A stretch of DNA of 64,000 nucleotides from Candidatus Aminicenantes bacterium (GTDB lineage: Bacteria > Acidobacteriota > Aminicenantia > S016-38), in assembly GCA_027068075.1 (NCBI GenBank), contig JAMOUJ010000006.1, forward strand, positions 346,706 through 410,705, written 5' to 3'. Position 1 is the stretch's first letter. Every line of letters starts with the position of its first letter. Shown in pieces: positions 56,225 through 64,000 of this stretch. The notes beneath the pieces were generated by a model that worked only from the letters and a program-made list of their open reading frames with translations, was not told the DNA's origin and searched no databases. The position numbers and the translations under genes are program-made.

Positions 56225-56252
56225 TTATACTAAATATGATACCAGTGTCAAC
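56225..56252 (-). promoter_or_regulatory. Sigma70 promoter (TTGACA-16-TATAAT) driving the hicA-hicB-secB-like operon
   Basis: Minus-strand TTGACActggtatcatatttagTATAATggaggtgtgaGTG. Consensus hexamers are immediately followed by the GGAGG RBS and the GTG start, giving a very short leader. Confidence 0.6.
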
Positions 56253-56338
56253 ATTTTGGTCTGCTCAGATGATTAGATGAAAGTTTAGTAAATTTTTTGG
56301 GTTAAGTAAAGGCATATTTGCGGTAAGCTACCTCCTTC

Positions 56339-56387
56339 GATTCCTAATCCCAAGGTTGTGGGTTCGATTCCCGCCAGCCGCACTTAA
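56339..56387 (+). repeat. Direct repeat copy 2 (49 bp): partial duplicate of tRNA-Arg 3' half; attR-like
   Basis: Identical to 54621..54669. The upstream 20 nt (GCGGTAAGCTACCTCCTTC) looks like a decayed tRNA 5' part with the D-arm deleted. It cannot fold into a cloverleaf. Confidence 0.85.
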
Positions 56388-56788
56388 ATTGAGTCCCCCA
56401 GGTCTTCCCGATAGATCGCCTTCACCCAGTAATGAACTTCCTCCCCCGCCGACGGAGGGTTAAAATCCACCAGGGCCTCTTCTCCCTCAAAACCCCTGAG
56501 TCTCGCCGTCCATTCTCCGGCGGGGGTTTTGAGGAGGAATTCTTCCCCTTCCTTGAGGTCCCCTGGAATAAGGTGGCGGGGGATTCTCTTTATTTTCCTC
56601 TCGTCGTAAGGAACCCTTATCCAGAATTCCTTTTCTTCCCCGGGTTTCATATCCCTGAGTTTTTCCTCCAGTTCCGGCCAGACCTCTCCGCTTCCTATCC
56701 TGAGTTTCAGCGGGCCCTGGAACCGGGAATTGCCCAGGACCCGCCCTTCCCGGTCGGTTATCCTGTATTCAAGGACGAGAACGATCAC
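56384..56788 (-). CDS. FKBP-type peptidyl-prolyl cis-trans isomerase (SlyD/FkpB-like)
   Basis: VLEYRITDREGRVL...GPLKLRIGSGEVWPELEEKLRDMKPGEEKEF, the FKBP domain pattern. 134 aa. Confidence 0.75.
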   Translation of the reverse strand: MIVLVLEYRITDREGRVLGNSRFQGPLKLRIGSGEVWPELEEKLRDMKPGEEKEFWIRVPYDERKIKRIPRHLIPGDLKEGEEFLLKTPAGEWTARLRGFEGEEALVDFNPPSAGEEVHYWVKAIYREDLGDSI

Positions 56789-58272
56789 TTTATTTCTTCC
56801 CAGATGGCCACCTCAATAACCCTGTAATCGGTGCTTCTGGCCTTCACTTCGTGGGAGAAGTTATAGGTCCAGCCCAGGGACGGCAGGGGGCCGACGGCTT
56901 CGGTGGTTACCAGAAACTTCGCCGGGAGAAAGCCGAAGCCTGTGGCTGCGTCCAGGGGATTGGGTTTGTCCCCGTGCTGGGCGTCCACGGGAACCCATCC
57001 GTAGCCCGGGAAGTAAACCTCGGCCCATCTGTGAAAGACCCAGTCGTAGCCCGTCCCCCTCTCTACCACGGACCCCACATATCTTGCGGGGATTCCTGCA
57101 GCCCGGAGAAGGGAGATGAAGGAAAAGGTGTATTCGGAGCAGGAGCCGGAACCCCTTTTCAGGACCACCGGGGCAGGGTTCCATCCCCCCGCCAGTTCGT
57201 AGTGAAGTCTTTCTCCCAAAAACTGGTAAATTTTCCTCACCTTCCGATAGTAGTTGTTTTCCCCCTTCAGGACTTGGTCCACCAGTTTTCTTATGTAAGG
57301 GTTTTTGATGTCGTATTTTTCTCCGTCCCTGAGATACAGTTTTTTTACCCTCTCCGGGATCTCTCCTTTCACGCTGGAGGGGGAAAGGAAGTAGTGAACT
57401 TCGTGGAGGACCACATCCACCACCAGGCTACAGTAGCGAACCTCTCCGGGTTTTATGTCCTTGAGACGGCAGGTGGCTATTTTTTGATCGTCTTCCACGG
57501 TGTATGTGGGGGAGAAGTCGGGTTTTATTTTCAGTATTTCCTGGAAATCCCTGTTCCTGGGCACGGCGAAGTGGAAGACCGCCTCCTGAACCCCTCCTCC
57601 GCCGGCTATTATCCCCTGGCGGAGGGTTATCCTCCATCTTTTCCCCGGTCCCTTTTTCACCTTTTTCTGAAAGAAGGAGTTTATGTCAACTTCGGCAATT
57701 CTGCCGGAAAAGTCCAGGATTTTTGCCTTTCCCCCTTCGTAGGAAAGGCCCACGGGAAGAGGGAGGTCCAGGGGAAAGAAGTTGAGCACCCAGCCGGTTT
57801 CCGGATCAATTTGATAGAGGAGTTTTTTCTTAGAATCCAGGGCCCAGATGTATCCATCCCCGTAGTCGGCGGCGGAAACGGTCCTGGAGGGGGAGGGGAA
57901 GGCGCCGAAGGAAGTCCCGTCCTGGGGGGAAAGTTTGTATATTTTACTGGAAGAAAAGCCCCAGAGGCATTTCCTTTCCGGGTCCCAGGCCACCGCCAGA
58001 AGGGGAGAAGGTCCCTCCAGGAGAACCCTCTGAAAGATACCGTTTTCCGACAGGGCTGCGATTTTGTTCTCCATCCTGGATACCACCCACCACCTTTCCC
58101 CGTCCCATGTGAGGTCCGTGGGAAGAACCAGGTCAGCCCTCAGTTTTTTCCCGTTTACTTCCAGGTGGGAATCCAGGTAAAGGGTGGCTTTGAAATTCCC
58201 TTTCCAGAAAAGCCCCACCGGTTTTGAAGCCCACAAAGACAAACTGAGCAGAATTATTAATGCCCTTCTCAT
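56785..58272 (-). CDS. Exported transglutaminase-like cysteine-protease-fold protein with N-terminal beta-propeller-like domain
   Basis: Signal peptide. C-terminal GSGSCSEYTFSFISLLRAAGIPARYVGS ... VFHRWAEVYFPGYGWVPVDAQH, the Cys-His-Asp transglutaminase-core motifs. Confidence 0.65.
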   Translation of the reverse strand: MRRALIILLSLSLWASKPVGLFWKGNFKATLYLDSHLEVNGKKLRADLVLPTDLTWDGERWWVVSRMENKIAALSENGIFQRVLLEGPSPLLAVAWDPERKCLWGFSSSKIYKLSPQDGTSFGAFPSPSRTVSAADYGDGYIWALDSKKKLLYQIDPETGWVLNFFPLDLPLPVGLSYEGGKAKILDFSGRIAEVDINSFFQKKVKKGPGKRWRITLRQGIIAGGGGVQEAVFHFAVPRNRDFQEILKIKPDFSPTYTVEDDQKIATCRLKDIKPGEVRYCSLVVDVVLHEVHYFLSPSSVKGEIPERVKKLYLRDGEKYDIKNPYIRKLVDQVLKGENNYYRKVRKIYQFLGERLHYELAGGWNPAPVVLKRGSGSCSEYTFSFISLLRAAGIPARYVGSVVERGTGYDWVFHRWAEVYFPGYGWVPVDAQHGDKPNPLDAATGFGFLPAKFLVTTEAVGPLPSLGWTYNFSHEVKARSTDYRVIEVAIWEEIK

Positions 58273-58333
58273 CTATCCCTCCTTTTTCTTAATCAACTAT
58301 TCCATTATAATCCACTCCGCTTACAAAGAAAAC

Positions 58334-58362
58334 TTGACAAATTCCCCACAAATCCTTAAATT
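58334..58362 (+). promoter_or_regulatory. Sigma70-type promoter upstream of metK (TTGACA-17-TAAATT)
   Basis: TTGACA at 58334..58339 and TAAATT at 58357..58362. AGGAGG RBS at about 58383. The leader is too short to hold a SAM riboswitch. Confidence 0.5.
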
Positions 58363-58393
58363 TTTTATTTAACCCTAAATCAAGGAGGTTTCC

Positions 58394-59539
58394 ATGGGAA
58401 GGAGACATTTTTTTACATCAGAATCCGTAACCGAAGGCCATCCCGATAAAATAGCGGACCAGATTTCCGACGCCATCCTTGATGAGTTGATCAAACAGGA
58501 TCCCCAGTCCAGGGTGGCGGTGGAAACCCTGGTAACCACCGGGCTGGCCTTTATAGCCGGCGAAATAACCACCAGAGCCTACGCCGACCTTCCCTCCATA
58601 GTCCGCAGGACCATAAAGGAGATAGGATACACCAGGGCTAAATTCGGCTTTGACTACGAAACCTGCGCCGTAATATCCTCCATCCACGAGCAGTCTCCGG
58701 ATATAGCCATGGGGGTGGACACCGGGGGAGCCGGTGATCAGGGGATAATGTTCGGATACGCAGTGAGGGAAACCGAAGAACTCATGCCCCTTCCCATAAT
58801 GCTGGCCCACAAACTGGCCATGAGGCTGGCCCAGGTTCGGAAGGAGAAGGTGGTGGATTTCCTTCGCCCCGACGGAAAAACCCAGGTTACCGTAGAATAC
58901 GAGGACAAGAAACCCATCAGGGTGGATGCCATAGTGGTTTCCACCCAGCACAACGAAAAGGTTACTGCCGGGGAGATAAGGGAGGCCATAATAAAGCATG
59001 TGATAACCCCCATAATCCCTTCGGATATGATAGACGGCAACACCAAGTATTACATAAACCCCACGGGGAAATTCGTCATAGGTGGTCCCATGGGGGATAC
59101 CGGCCTTACCGGAAGAAAAATTATAGTGGACACCTACGGGGGAAGGGCCTATCACGGAGGAGGATGCTTTTCCGGAAAGGACCCCACCAAGGTGGACCGT
59201 TCAGCCTCCTACATGGCCCGTTACATCGCCAAGAACATAGTGGCGGCGGGATTGGCAGACGAAGTTTCCGTTCAACTGGCCTACGCCATCGGCGTGGCCC
59301 AACCGGTTTCCATCTTCGTGGAAACCTTCGGCACCGGGAAGGTTCCAGAGGAAAGGCTGGAAAAGGCCGTCAGGGAGGTCTTCCCTCTTACCCCCAGGGG
59401 CATGATTGAGCACCTGGACCTTCTCCGACCCATCTACAGGAAAACCGCCGCCTACGGTCATTTCGGGAGAAAGGATCCGGACTTCACCTGGGAAAAAACG
59501 GATAAAATAAAGGACCTTCTGGAGGCAACCAAGGCATGA
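58394..59539 (+). CDS. metK: S-adenosylmethionine synthetase
   Basis: [40 protein letters not shown] and GDQG motifs. 381 aa. Confidence 0.95.
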   Translation: MGRRHFFTSESVTEGHPDKIADQISDAILDELIKQDPQSRVAVETLVTTGLAFIAGEITTRAYADLPSIVRRTIKEIGYTRAKFGFDYETCAVISSIHEQSPDIAMGVDTGGAGDQGIMFGYAVRETEELMPLPIMLAHKLAMRLAQVRKEKVVDFLRPDGKTQVTVEYEDKKPIRVDAIVVSTQHNEKVTAGEIREAIIKHVITPIIPSDMIDGNTKYYINPTGKFVIGGPMGDTGLTGRKIIVDTYGGRAYHGGGCFSGKDPTKVDRSASYMARYIAKNIVAAGLADEVSVQLAYAIGVAQPVSIFVETFGTGKVPEERLEKAVREVFPLTPRGMIEHLDLLRPIYRKTAAYGHFGRKDPDFTWEKTDKIKDLLEATKA

Positions 59540-60792
59540 AATACCATGTAAAGGACCTTTCGTTAGCCGACAAGGGAAAACTCAGGATAGAATGGGCCGA
59601 TGCCCACATGCCTGTTCTGCGCAGGATCCGGGAGGATTTCAGGCGTGAGAAACCCCTGGAAGGAATAAGAATAGCCGCCTGCCTGCATGTGACCACGGAG
59701 ACGGCAAACCTGATGATAACTCTGAAGGAAGGGGGTGCTCAGGTGGTTCTTACGGCTTCCAATCCCCTTTCCACCCAGGACGATGTGGCGGCGGCCCTGG
59801 TTCGTCATTACGAGATTCCGGTTTTCGCCGTGAAGGGAGAGGACGAAAAAACCTACTACCAGCACATAGAGGCTGCCCTTTCCATAAAACCCCACATAAC
59901 CATGGACGACGGGGCGGACCTTGTCTCCACCCTTCACCGCCGGGGTGGCGATGTCTTGAAGGGGGTTATAGGCGGCACCGAGGAAACCACCACCGGGGTC
60001 ATAAGGCTCAGAGCCATGGCCAGGGAAGGGGTCCTGGCCTACCCCATAATCGCCGTGAACGATGCCTACACCAAGCACCTTTTTGACAATCGTTATGGAA
60101 CGGGTCAAAGCACCATAGACGGAATTCTGAGGGCCACCAACATCCTCCTGGCCGGGACGGTGTTCGTGGTGGCGGGCTACGGATGGTGCGGCAGGGGAGT
60201 GGCCATGAGGGCCCGGGGCGCCGGAGCCAAGGTGGTGGTAACCGAGGTGGATCCCCTGAGGGCCCTGGAAGCCAACATGGACGGGTTCATGGTCATGAAG
60301 ATGGAGGAGGCCGCCAAAATAGGAGATGTTTTCGTTACCGTCACCGGAGATAAACATGTTCTGAGGAGGGAGCATTTTGAACTCATGAAGGACGGAGCCG
60401 TGGTGGCCAACGCCGGCCACTTCAATGTGGAAATAGACATACCCGCCCTGGAAAAAATGTCCATTTCCAGAAGGAAGATCAGGGAATTCGTGGACGAGTA
60501 TAAACTTCCCGACGGTCGCAGAATTTATCTTCTGGCCGAGGGCAGGTTGATTAACCTTTCCGCCGCCGAAGGTCATCCTGCGGTGGTCATGGACATGAGT
60601 TTCGCCAATCAGGCCCTCTCGGCCCTTTATCTCAAGGAGAATGCGGATAAACTGGAAAGAAAGGTTTACAGGGTTCCGGAGGATATTGACCGCAGGATTG
60701 CCAGGATGAAACTTGACGCCCTGGGGATAAAAATAGACGAACTTACACCGGAGCAAAGGGCGTACCTTGAAACCTGGAAGGAGGGAACATAA
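59536..60792 (+). CDS. ahcY: Adenosylhomocysteinase
   Basis: NAD-binding [18 protein letters not shown] and RLINL motifs. 418 aa. ATGA-coupled to metK. Confidence 0.95.
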   Translation: MKYHVKDLSLADKGKLRIEWADAHMPVLRRIREDFRREKPLEGIRIAACLHVTTETANLMITLKEGGAQVVLTASNPLSTQDDVAAALVRHYEIPVFAVKGEDEKTYYQHIEAALSIKPHITMDDGADLVSTLHRRGGDVLKGVIGGTEETTTGVIRLRAMAREGVLAYPIIAVNDAYTKHLFDNRYGTGQSTIDGILRATNILLAGTVFVVAGYGWCGRGVAMRARGAGAKVVVTEVDPLRALEANMDGFMVMKMEEAAKIGDVFVTVTGDKHVLRREHFELMKDGAVVANAGHFNVEIDIPALEKMSISRRKIREFVDEYKLPDGRRIYLLAEGRLINLSAAEGHPAVVMDMSFANQALSALYLKENADKLERKVYRVPEDIDRRIARMKLDALGIKIDELTPEQRAYLETWKEGT

Positions 60793-61547
60793 TGGGAGAC
60801 AACCACTGGACCACGGAAATAACCAAAATTGAGCCCAACAAAATAGCGGTGAGGGGTTATCGGGTGGATCAACTTATGGGAAGGGTTAGTTTCCCCCAGG
60901 TTATTTATCTCATCCTCAAGGGGGAACTCCCTGACGAGAGGACGGGAAGGATGCTGGATGCTATCCTGGTCTCCTCCGTAGACCACGGAGCAACTCCGCC
61001 CTCCACCCTGGCGGCCAGGACCATAGCCTCCACCGGTTCCCCCCTTAACGCTGCCCTGGCAGGGGGAATTTTGGCCATCTACAAATATCACGGCGGAGCC
61101 ATAGAAAACGCCATGCGGCAGTATCTGGAAATCGTTGAAGAAGGCAAGGACCCCCTGGAGTGGGTAAAGGGTAAACTGGAGGCCAGGCAGATAATATACG
61201 GCTTCGGACACCGTTATCACAAGAACGACCCGAGAACTGCCAGACTTTTCCAGTTGGCCGAGGAACTGGGATTTGCCGGAAAGTATGTGAAGGTGGCCCG
61301 GGAGATAGCCCAGGCCATTGAGAAGGTGAAGGGTAAGCGTCTCCCGGTGAATGTGGACGGAGGTATTGCCGCCGTTCTCTGCGAGATGGGTTTTCCCCCT
61401 GAACTGGGAAACGCCTTCTTTATAATGGCCAGAACTCCCGGCCTCATCGCCCACATATACGAGGAGCAGACCAGGATGAAGCCCATGAGGAAAATTGACC
61501 CCGTGGACCACGAGTATGTGGGCCCGCCGGAGAGGGATTTGACTTAA
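60792..61547 (+). CDS. Small citrate-synthase-family protein, citryl-CoA lyase (CCL)-like
   Basis: 251 aa carrying only the citrate-synthase catalytic core: YHGGAIENA (HGGA) and GFGHRYHKNDPR (GFGHRVYKNYDPR in citrate synthases). The size matches Aquificae-type CCL. Confidence 0.6.
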   Translation: MGDNHWTTEITKIEPNKIAVRGYRVDQLMGRVSFPQVIYLILKGELPDERTGRMLDAILVSSVDHGATPPSTLAARTIASTGSPLNAALAGGILAIYKYHGGAIENAMRQYLEIVEEGKDPLEWVKGKLEARQIIYGFGHRYHKNDPRTARLFQLAEELGFAGKYVKVAREIAQAIEKVKGKRLPVNVDGGIAAVLCEMGFPPELGNAFFIMARTPGLIAHIYEEQTRMKPMRKIDPVDHEYVGPPERDLT

Positions 61548-61573
61548 TCCAGCGGGTAAGTTAGAATTGCCAG

Positions 61574-62098
61574 ATGTTAATTCCGGTTGAAAAAATAGGC
61601 CCTAAAGGATTAGAACTGAGCCTTTTTCTGATGGTTAATCAGGGGAGGCTCACGGAGGGAAGAACTGAGTCCCCCGTTCATCTCAAGATAAAACTCCGCA
61701 GAAAGGGCAAGGCCATAAAGGCCGTGGGAAGGGTGAAGGGAGAGATAAAACTGGTGTGTAGCCGGTGCGCCGAAGAATTTCCCTTCCGCATAAATTCAAG
61801 TTTTTCCCTGGATTTGCTCCCCCTGGAGAGTTTGACCAGCGGGGAAGTGGAACTGGAGGAAAAGGACATGGATACCGCCTTTTACCGGGATGGCATCCTG
61901 GACCTGGACGCACTGACGGCGGATCAGATAAACCTTTCCATTCCCATGAAGCCCCTTTGTAAATCCAATTGTAAGGGGATATGCCCGGTATGCGGAGCCA
62001 ATAGAAACAAGGTCAATTGTGGTCACAAACCGGAATCAAGGGATCCCAGGTTTTCCCAATTAAAATTTCTCCTGGAGGTAAAAAATGGCACAGCCTAA
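61574..62098 (+). CDS. yceD: YceD/DUF177 large-ribosomal-subunit accumulation protein
   Basis: Two CxxC pairs (CSRC...; CPVCGAN). Conserved position immediately upstream of rpmF. Confidence 0.75.
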   Translation: MLIPVEKIGPKGLELSLFLMVNQGRLTEGRTESPVHLKIKLRRKGKAIKAVGRVKGEIKLVCSRCAEEFPFRINSSFSLDLLPLESLTSGEVELEEKDMDTAFYRDGILDLDALTADQINLSIPMKPLCKSNCKGICPVCGANRNKVNCGHKPESRDPRFSQLKFLLEVKNGTA

Positions 62099-62279
62099 GA
62101 GGAGGCATTCCAGATCCCGCAAGGGCAAGAGGCGTTCCCATCACCACCTCAAAATGCCTGCGGTGGCCATATGCCCCAAATGCGGAAATCCCTACATACC
62201 CCACAGGCCCTGCCCTTATTGCGGGTATTACAACGAGAGGCTGGTGATTCAGCCCATGGAAGAGCATCTTGAAAAATGA
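62085..62279 (+). CDS. rpmF: 50S ribosomal protein L32
   Basis: MAQPKRRHSRSRKGKRRSHHHL...CPKCGN..CPYCGYY. Confidence 0.9.
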   Translation: MAQPKRRHSRSRKGKRRSHHHLKMPAVAICPKCGNPYIPHRPCPYCGYYNERLVIQPMEEHLEK

Positions 62280-63337
62280 AAATAGGCATTGATGGTATGG
62301 GGGGGGATTTTGCCCCCCTGAACATCGTGGAGGGGGTGAGTCTCGCCGCCCGGAGGGTGGACGATATCGAGTTCGTAATTTACGGTCCCGAAAATCTCCT
62401 CAGAAGGGAACTGGAGAAATACCCCCCCATGTCTAATGTAAGTCTGGTCCATGCCCCGGAGGTGGTGGGCATGGGAGACAGCGTTCTTTCCCTGCTCAGA
62501 AGGAAGAGAAAAACCTCGCTCCACCTGGGCCTTGAAGACCTGGCCCGGGGCGAGGTGGATGCCTTCCTATCCGCAGGAAACACCGCCGCGGTGGTGGCCC
62601 TCTCAAGGAAAATAGTGGGCACCGAGGAGGGGATAGAAAGGGGAGCCATCCTGGTGGTTCTTCCTTCCATGAAGGGGGAATTTGTGATGATAGACGCCGG
62701 GGCCAATGTCTACGCTAAATCTCCGGATTATAGGAGAAACGCCATCATAGGTAAAACCTTTTCCCAGATTATTCTGGGGAAAAAGGAGCCCCGGGTTGCC
62801 CTTCTGAACATAGGGGAGGAAGCCAGCAAGGGGCACAAAATTTTAAAGGAGGTTCACAAGTCCCTTCAGGAAGCCCCCTTTAAATTCGTGGGGAATGTGG
62901 AAAGCAGGGAGATTTTCTTCAACAAGGCCGATGTGGTAGTTACCGACGGGTTCGTGGGCAACATAGTGCTGAAGTTAGCCGAGGGATTGGCGGAACTCTT
63001 CGTTCGCTATCTGAAGGATGCCCTCCGGGAGAAGTTCCTGTACAAAATGGGTTTTCTTCTTTCCCGGGGTGCCTTCAAAAAACTGAGGGATAAACTGGAT
63101 TACTCGGAATACGGAGGAGGACTTCTCGTAGGATTCAAGGGGAACATAGTGGTAGCCCACGGAAGAAGCAGCGGCCGGGCCATTGAGAATGCCATTCTCT
63201 TTACCCGGCGTCTTCCCATGTCAAAGTTCAGGGAGGTGTGGAGGCAGGAGGTCTTGAAGCACATTGATTGGGTAGAAAAAGGCGAAAGGAGGAAAAATGG
63301 GAGTAATAGTAACGGGACTTGGAGCCTCGCTTCCTGA
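62276..63337 (+). CDS. plsX: Phosphate acyltransferase PlsX
   Basis: MKIGIDGMGGDFAP N-terminus. DAGANV and HGRS motifs. 353 aa. Confidence 0.9.
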   Translation: MKIGIDGMGGDFAPLNIVEGVSLAARRVDDIEFVIYGPENLLRRELEKYPPMSNVSLVHAPEVVGMGDSVLSLLRRKRKTSLHLGLEDLARGEVDAFLSAGNTAAVVALSRKIVGTEEGIERGAILVVLPSMKGEFVMIDAGANVYAKSPDYRRNAIIGKTFSQIILGKKEPRVALLNIGEEASKGHKILKEVHKSLQEAPFKFVGNVESREIFFNKADVVVTDGFVGNIVLKLAEGLAELFVRYLKDALREKFLYKMGFLLSRGAFKKLRDKLDYSEYGGGLLVGFKGNIVVAHGRSSGRAIENAILFTRRLPMSKFREVWRQEVLKHIDWVEKGERRKNGSNSNGTWSLAS

Positions 63338-64000
63338 GCGCAGGCTCACCAATCAGGATCTTGAAAAAATGGTGGACACATCCGACGAATGGATCACCAC
63401 CAGAACGGGAATTAAGGAAAGGAGAATTGCCGGAGAAGACGAGCCCAGTTCCAAGTTTGCCATCGGGGCGGCCAGGCAGGCCCTGGAAGATGCGGGAATG
63501 AAGCCCGAAGACATTGACCTTGTGATAGTGGCCACCGTAACTCCAGACATGATGTTTCCCTCCACCAGTTGCATAGTGGCCAGCGAATTGGGGATGGGGG
63601 AAATCCCGGCCTTTGACATCTCCGCCGGATGCTCGGGCTTCCTCTACGCCATGAGCGTGGGAGATTCCTTCATCCGCAGTGGCAGGGCGGACAATGTTCT
63701 GATAATAGGAGTGGAAACCCTCAGTAAAATCACCGATTGGACCGACAGAACCACCTGCATCCTCTTCGGAGATGGAGCCGGAGCCGCCGTCCTTAGCCGG
63801 TCGGAGGAAGAGGGAATCCTCTCCATAGAACTCAGGGCCGACGGGAGCAAGGGAGAACTTCTCTACATGCCCGCCGGCGGAAGCCGCATGCCCGCCTCTG
63901 AATACACCGTGAAGAACAGACTTCACTATTTGAAAATGAACGGCAGGGAGGTCTTCAAGTATGCGGTTACCAAGATGCCGGCCATTTCCAAAACGGCCCT
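63297..64000 (+). CDS. fabH: 3-oxoacyl-ACP synthase III (5' portion; continues past window end)
   Basis: GGAGG RBS then ATG at 63297. MGVIVTGLGASLPERRLTNQDLEKMVDTSDEWITTRTGIKERRIA and active-site region AGCSGFLYA (Cys). Open to the window edge. Confidence 0.85.
   Translation, partial: MGVIVTGLGASLPERRLTNQDLEKMVDTSDEWITTRTGIKERRIAGEDEPSSKFAIGAARQALEDAGMKPEDIDLVIVATVTPDMMFPSTSCIVASELGMGEIPAFDISAGCSGFLYAMSVGDSFIRSGRADNVLIIGVETLSKITDWTDRTTCILFGDGAGAAVLSRSEEEGILSIELRADGSKGELLYMPAGGSRMPASEYTVKNRLHYLKMNGREVFKYAVTKMPAISKTA

Larger units (their letters stand above)
54665..56338 (+). mobile_element. AT-rich integrated islet (about 1.7 kb) at the tRNA-Arg 3' end: degenerate/minimal integrative element carrying a toxin-antitoxin-chaperone module and no integrase
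   Basis: Bounded by a 49-bp direct repeat of the tRNA 3' half. GC is visibly lower (roughly 35-40%) than the flanks. Codon usage of the three genes is A/T-rich. 367 bp at the left end is non-coding. No recombinase ORF in any frame. Confidence 0.55.

Noticed and set aside
56319-56387. Second tRNA-Arg copy as a functional tRNA
   Set aside because: Only the 3' 44 nt (anticodon loop to discriminator) are present. The upstream 20 nt cannot form the D-arm or pair with the acceptor 3' strand. It is an att-site duplicate or decayed tRNA, not a gene.
59563-60756. 397-aa ORF antisense to ahcY, and similar long antisense ORFs: 22681..23454 and 22860..23540 in the ClC gene, 16261..17016, 41705..42898 opposite uvrB, 44010..44981, 56851..58227, 18600..19655, 34083..34967
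   Set aside because: All lie opposite genes with strong homology signals. They have no RBS and biased Gly/Pro/His/Arg composition. They are typical of stop-codon-poor frames in high-GC DNA.
1-64000. CRISPR arrays, rRNA, RNase P/tmRNA/SRP RNAs, IS elements or transposases
   Set aside because: No regularly spaced direct repeats, no conserved RNA motifs that I could spot by eye, and no transposase or integrase-like ORFs. The structured-RNA call is by eye only and needs a covariance-model scan.

Overview
This 64-kb window is a GC-rich (about 55%) bacterial chromosome segment. It is densely packed with genes that overlap or abut one another, and it looks thermophile-like: charged, Arg/Glu/Lys-rich proteins and GGAGG ribosome-binding sites. 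A small citrate-synthase-family protein resembling citryl-CoA lyase hints at a reductive-TCA autotroph, but that is inference only. Most of the window is ordinary chromosome. The anchor genes are uvrB, dinB, ogg, metK-ahcY, yceD-rpmF-plsX-fabH, pdxA, ctaB, a ClC chloride channel, three GGDEF diguanylate cyclases, a hybrid histidine kinase, several peptidases (M24, S8, S9) and glycosyltransferases. I see no rRNA, no CRISPR array and no transposase. The standout region is a roughly 1.7-kb AT-rich islet inserted at the 3' end of tRNA-Arg(CCT). It is flanked by a 49-bp direct repeat of the tRNA 3' half and carries no integrase. It encodes an apparent tripartite toxin-antitoxin-chaperone (TAC) module: a HicA-like toxin, a HicB antitoxin with a C-terminal extension, and a SecB-like chaperone, with a textbook sigma70 promoter upstream. 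Secondary items of interest are listed here. There is an MglA-type GTPase with a 155-aa acidic tail and no MglB partner. There is a five-gene membrane operon around heme O synthase that includes an FGE-sulfatase-like protein and tandem 7-TM paralogs. There is a divergent Hfq-like gene co-transcribed with pdxA. There are orphan OppD/OppF ATPases next to DUF1858 proteins. There is a putative amine-catabolic operon behind a TonB-dependent receptor. There is an operon of secreted protease, two unknowns and an outer-membrane barrel. Many long antisense ORFs in the track are GC-content artifacts and were rejected.
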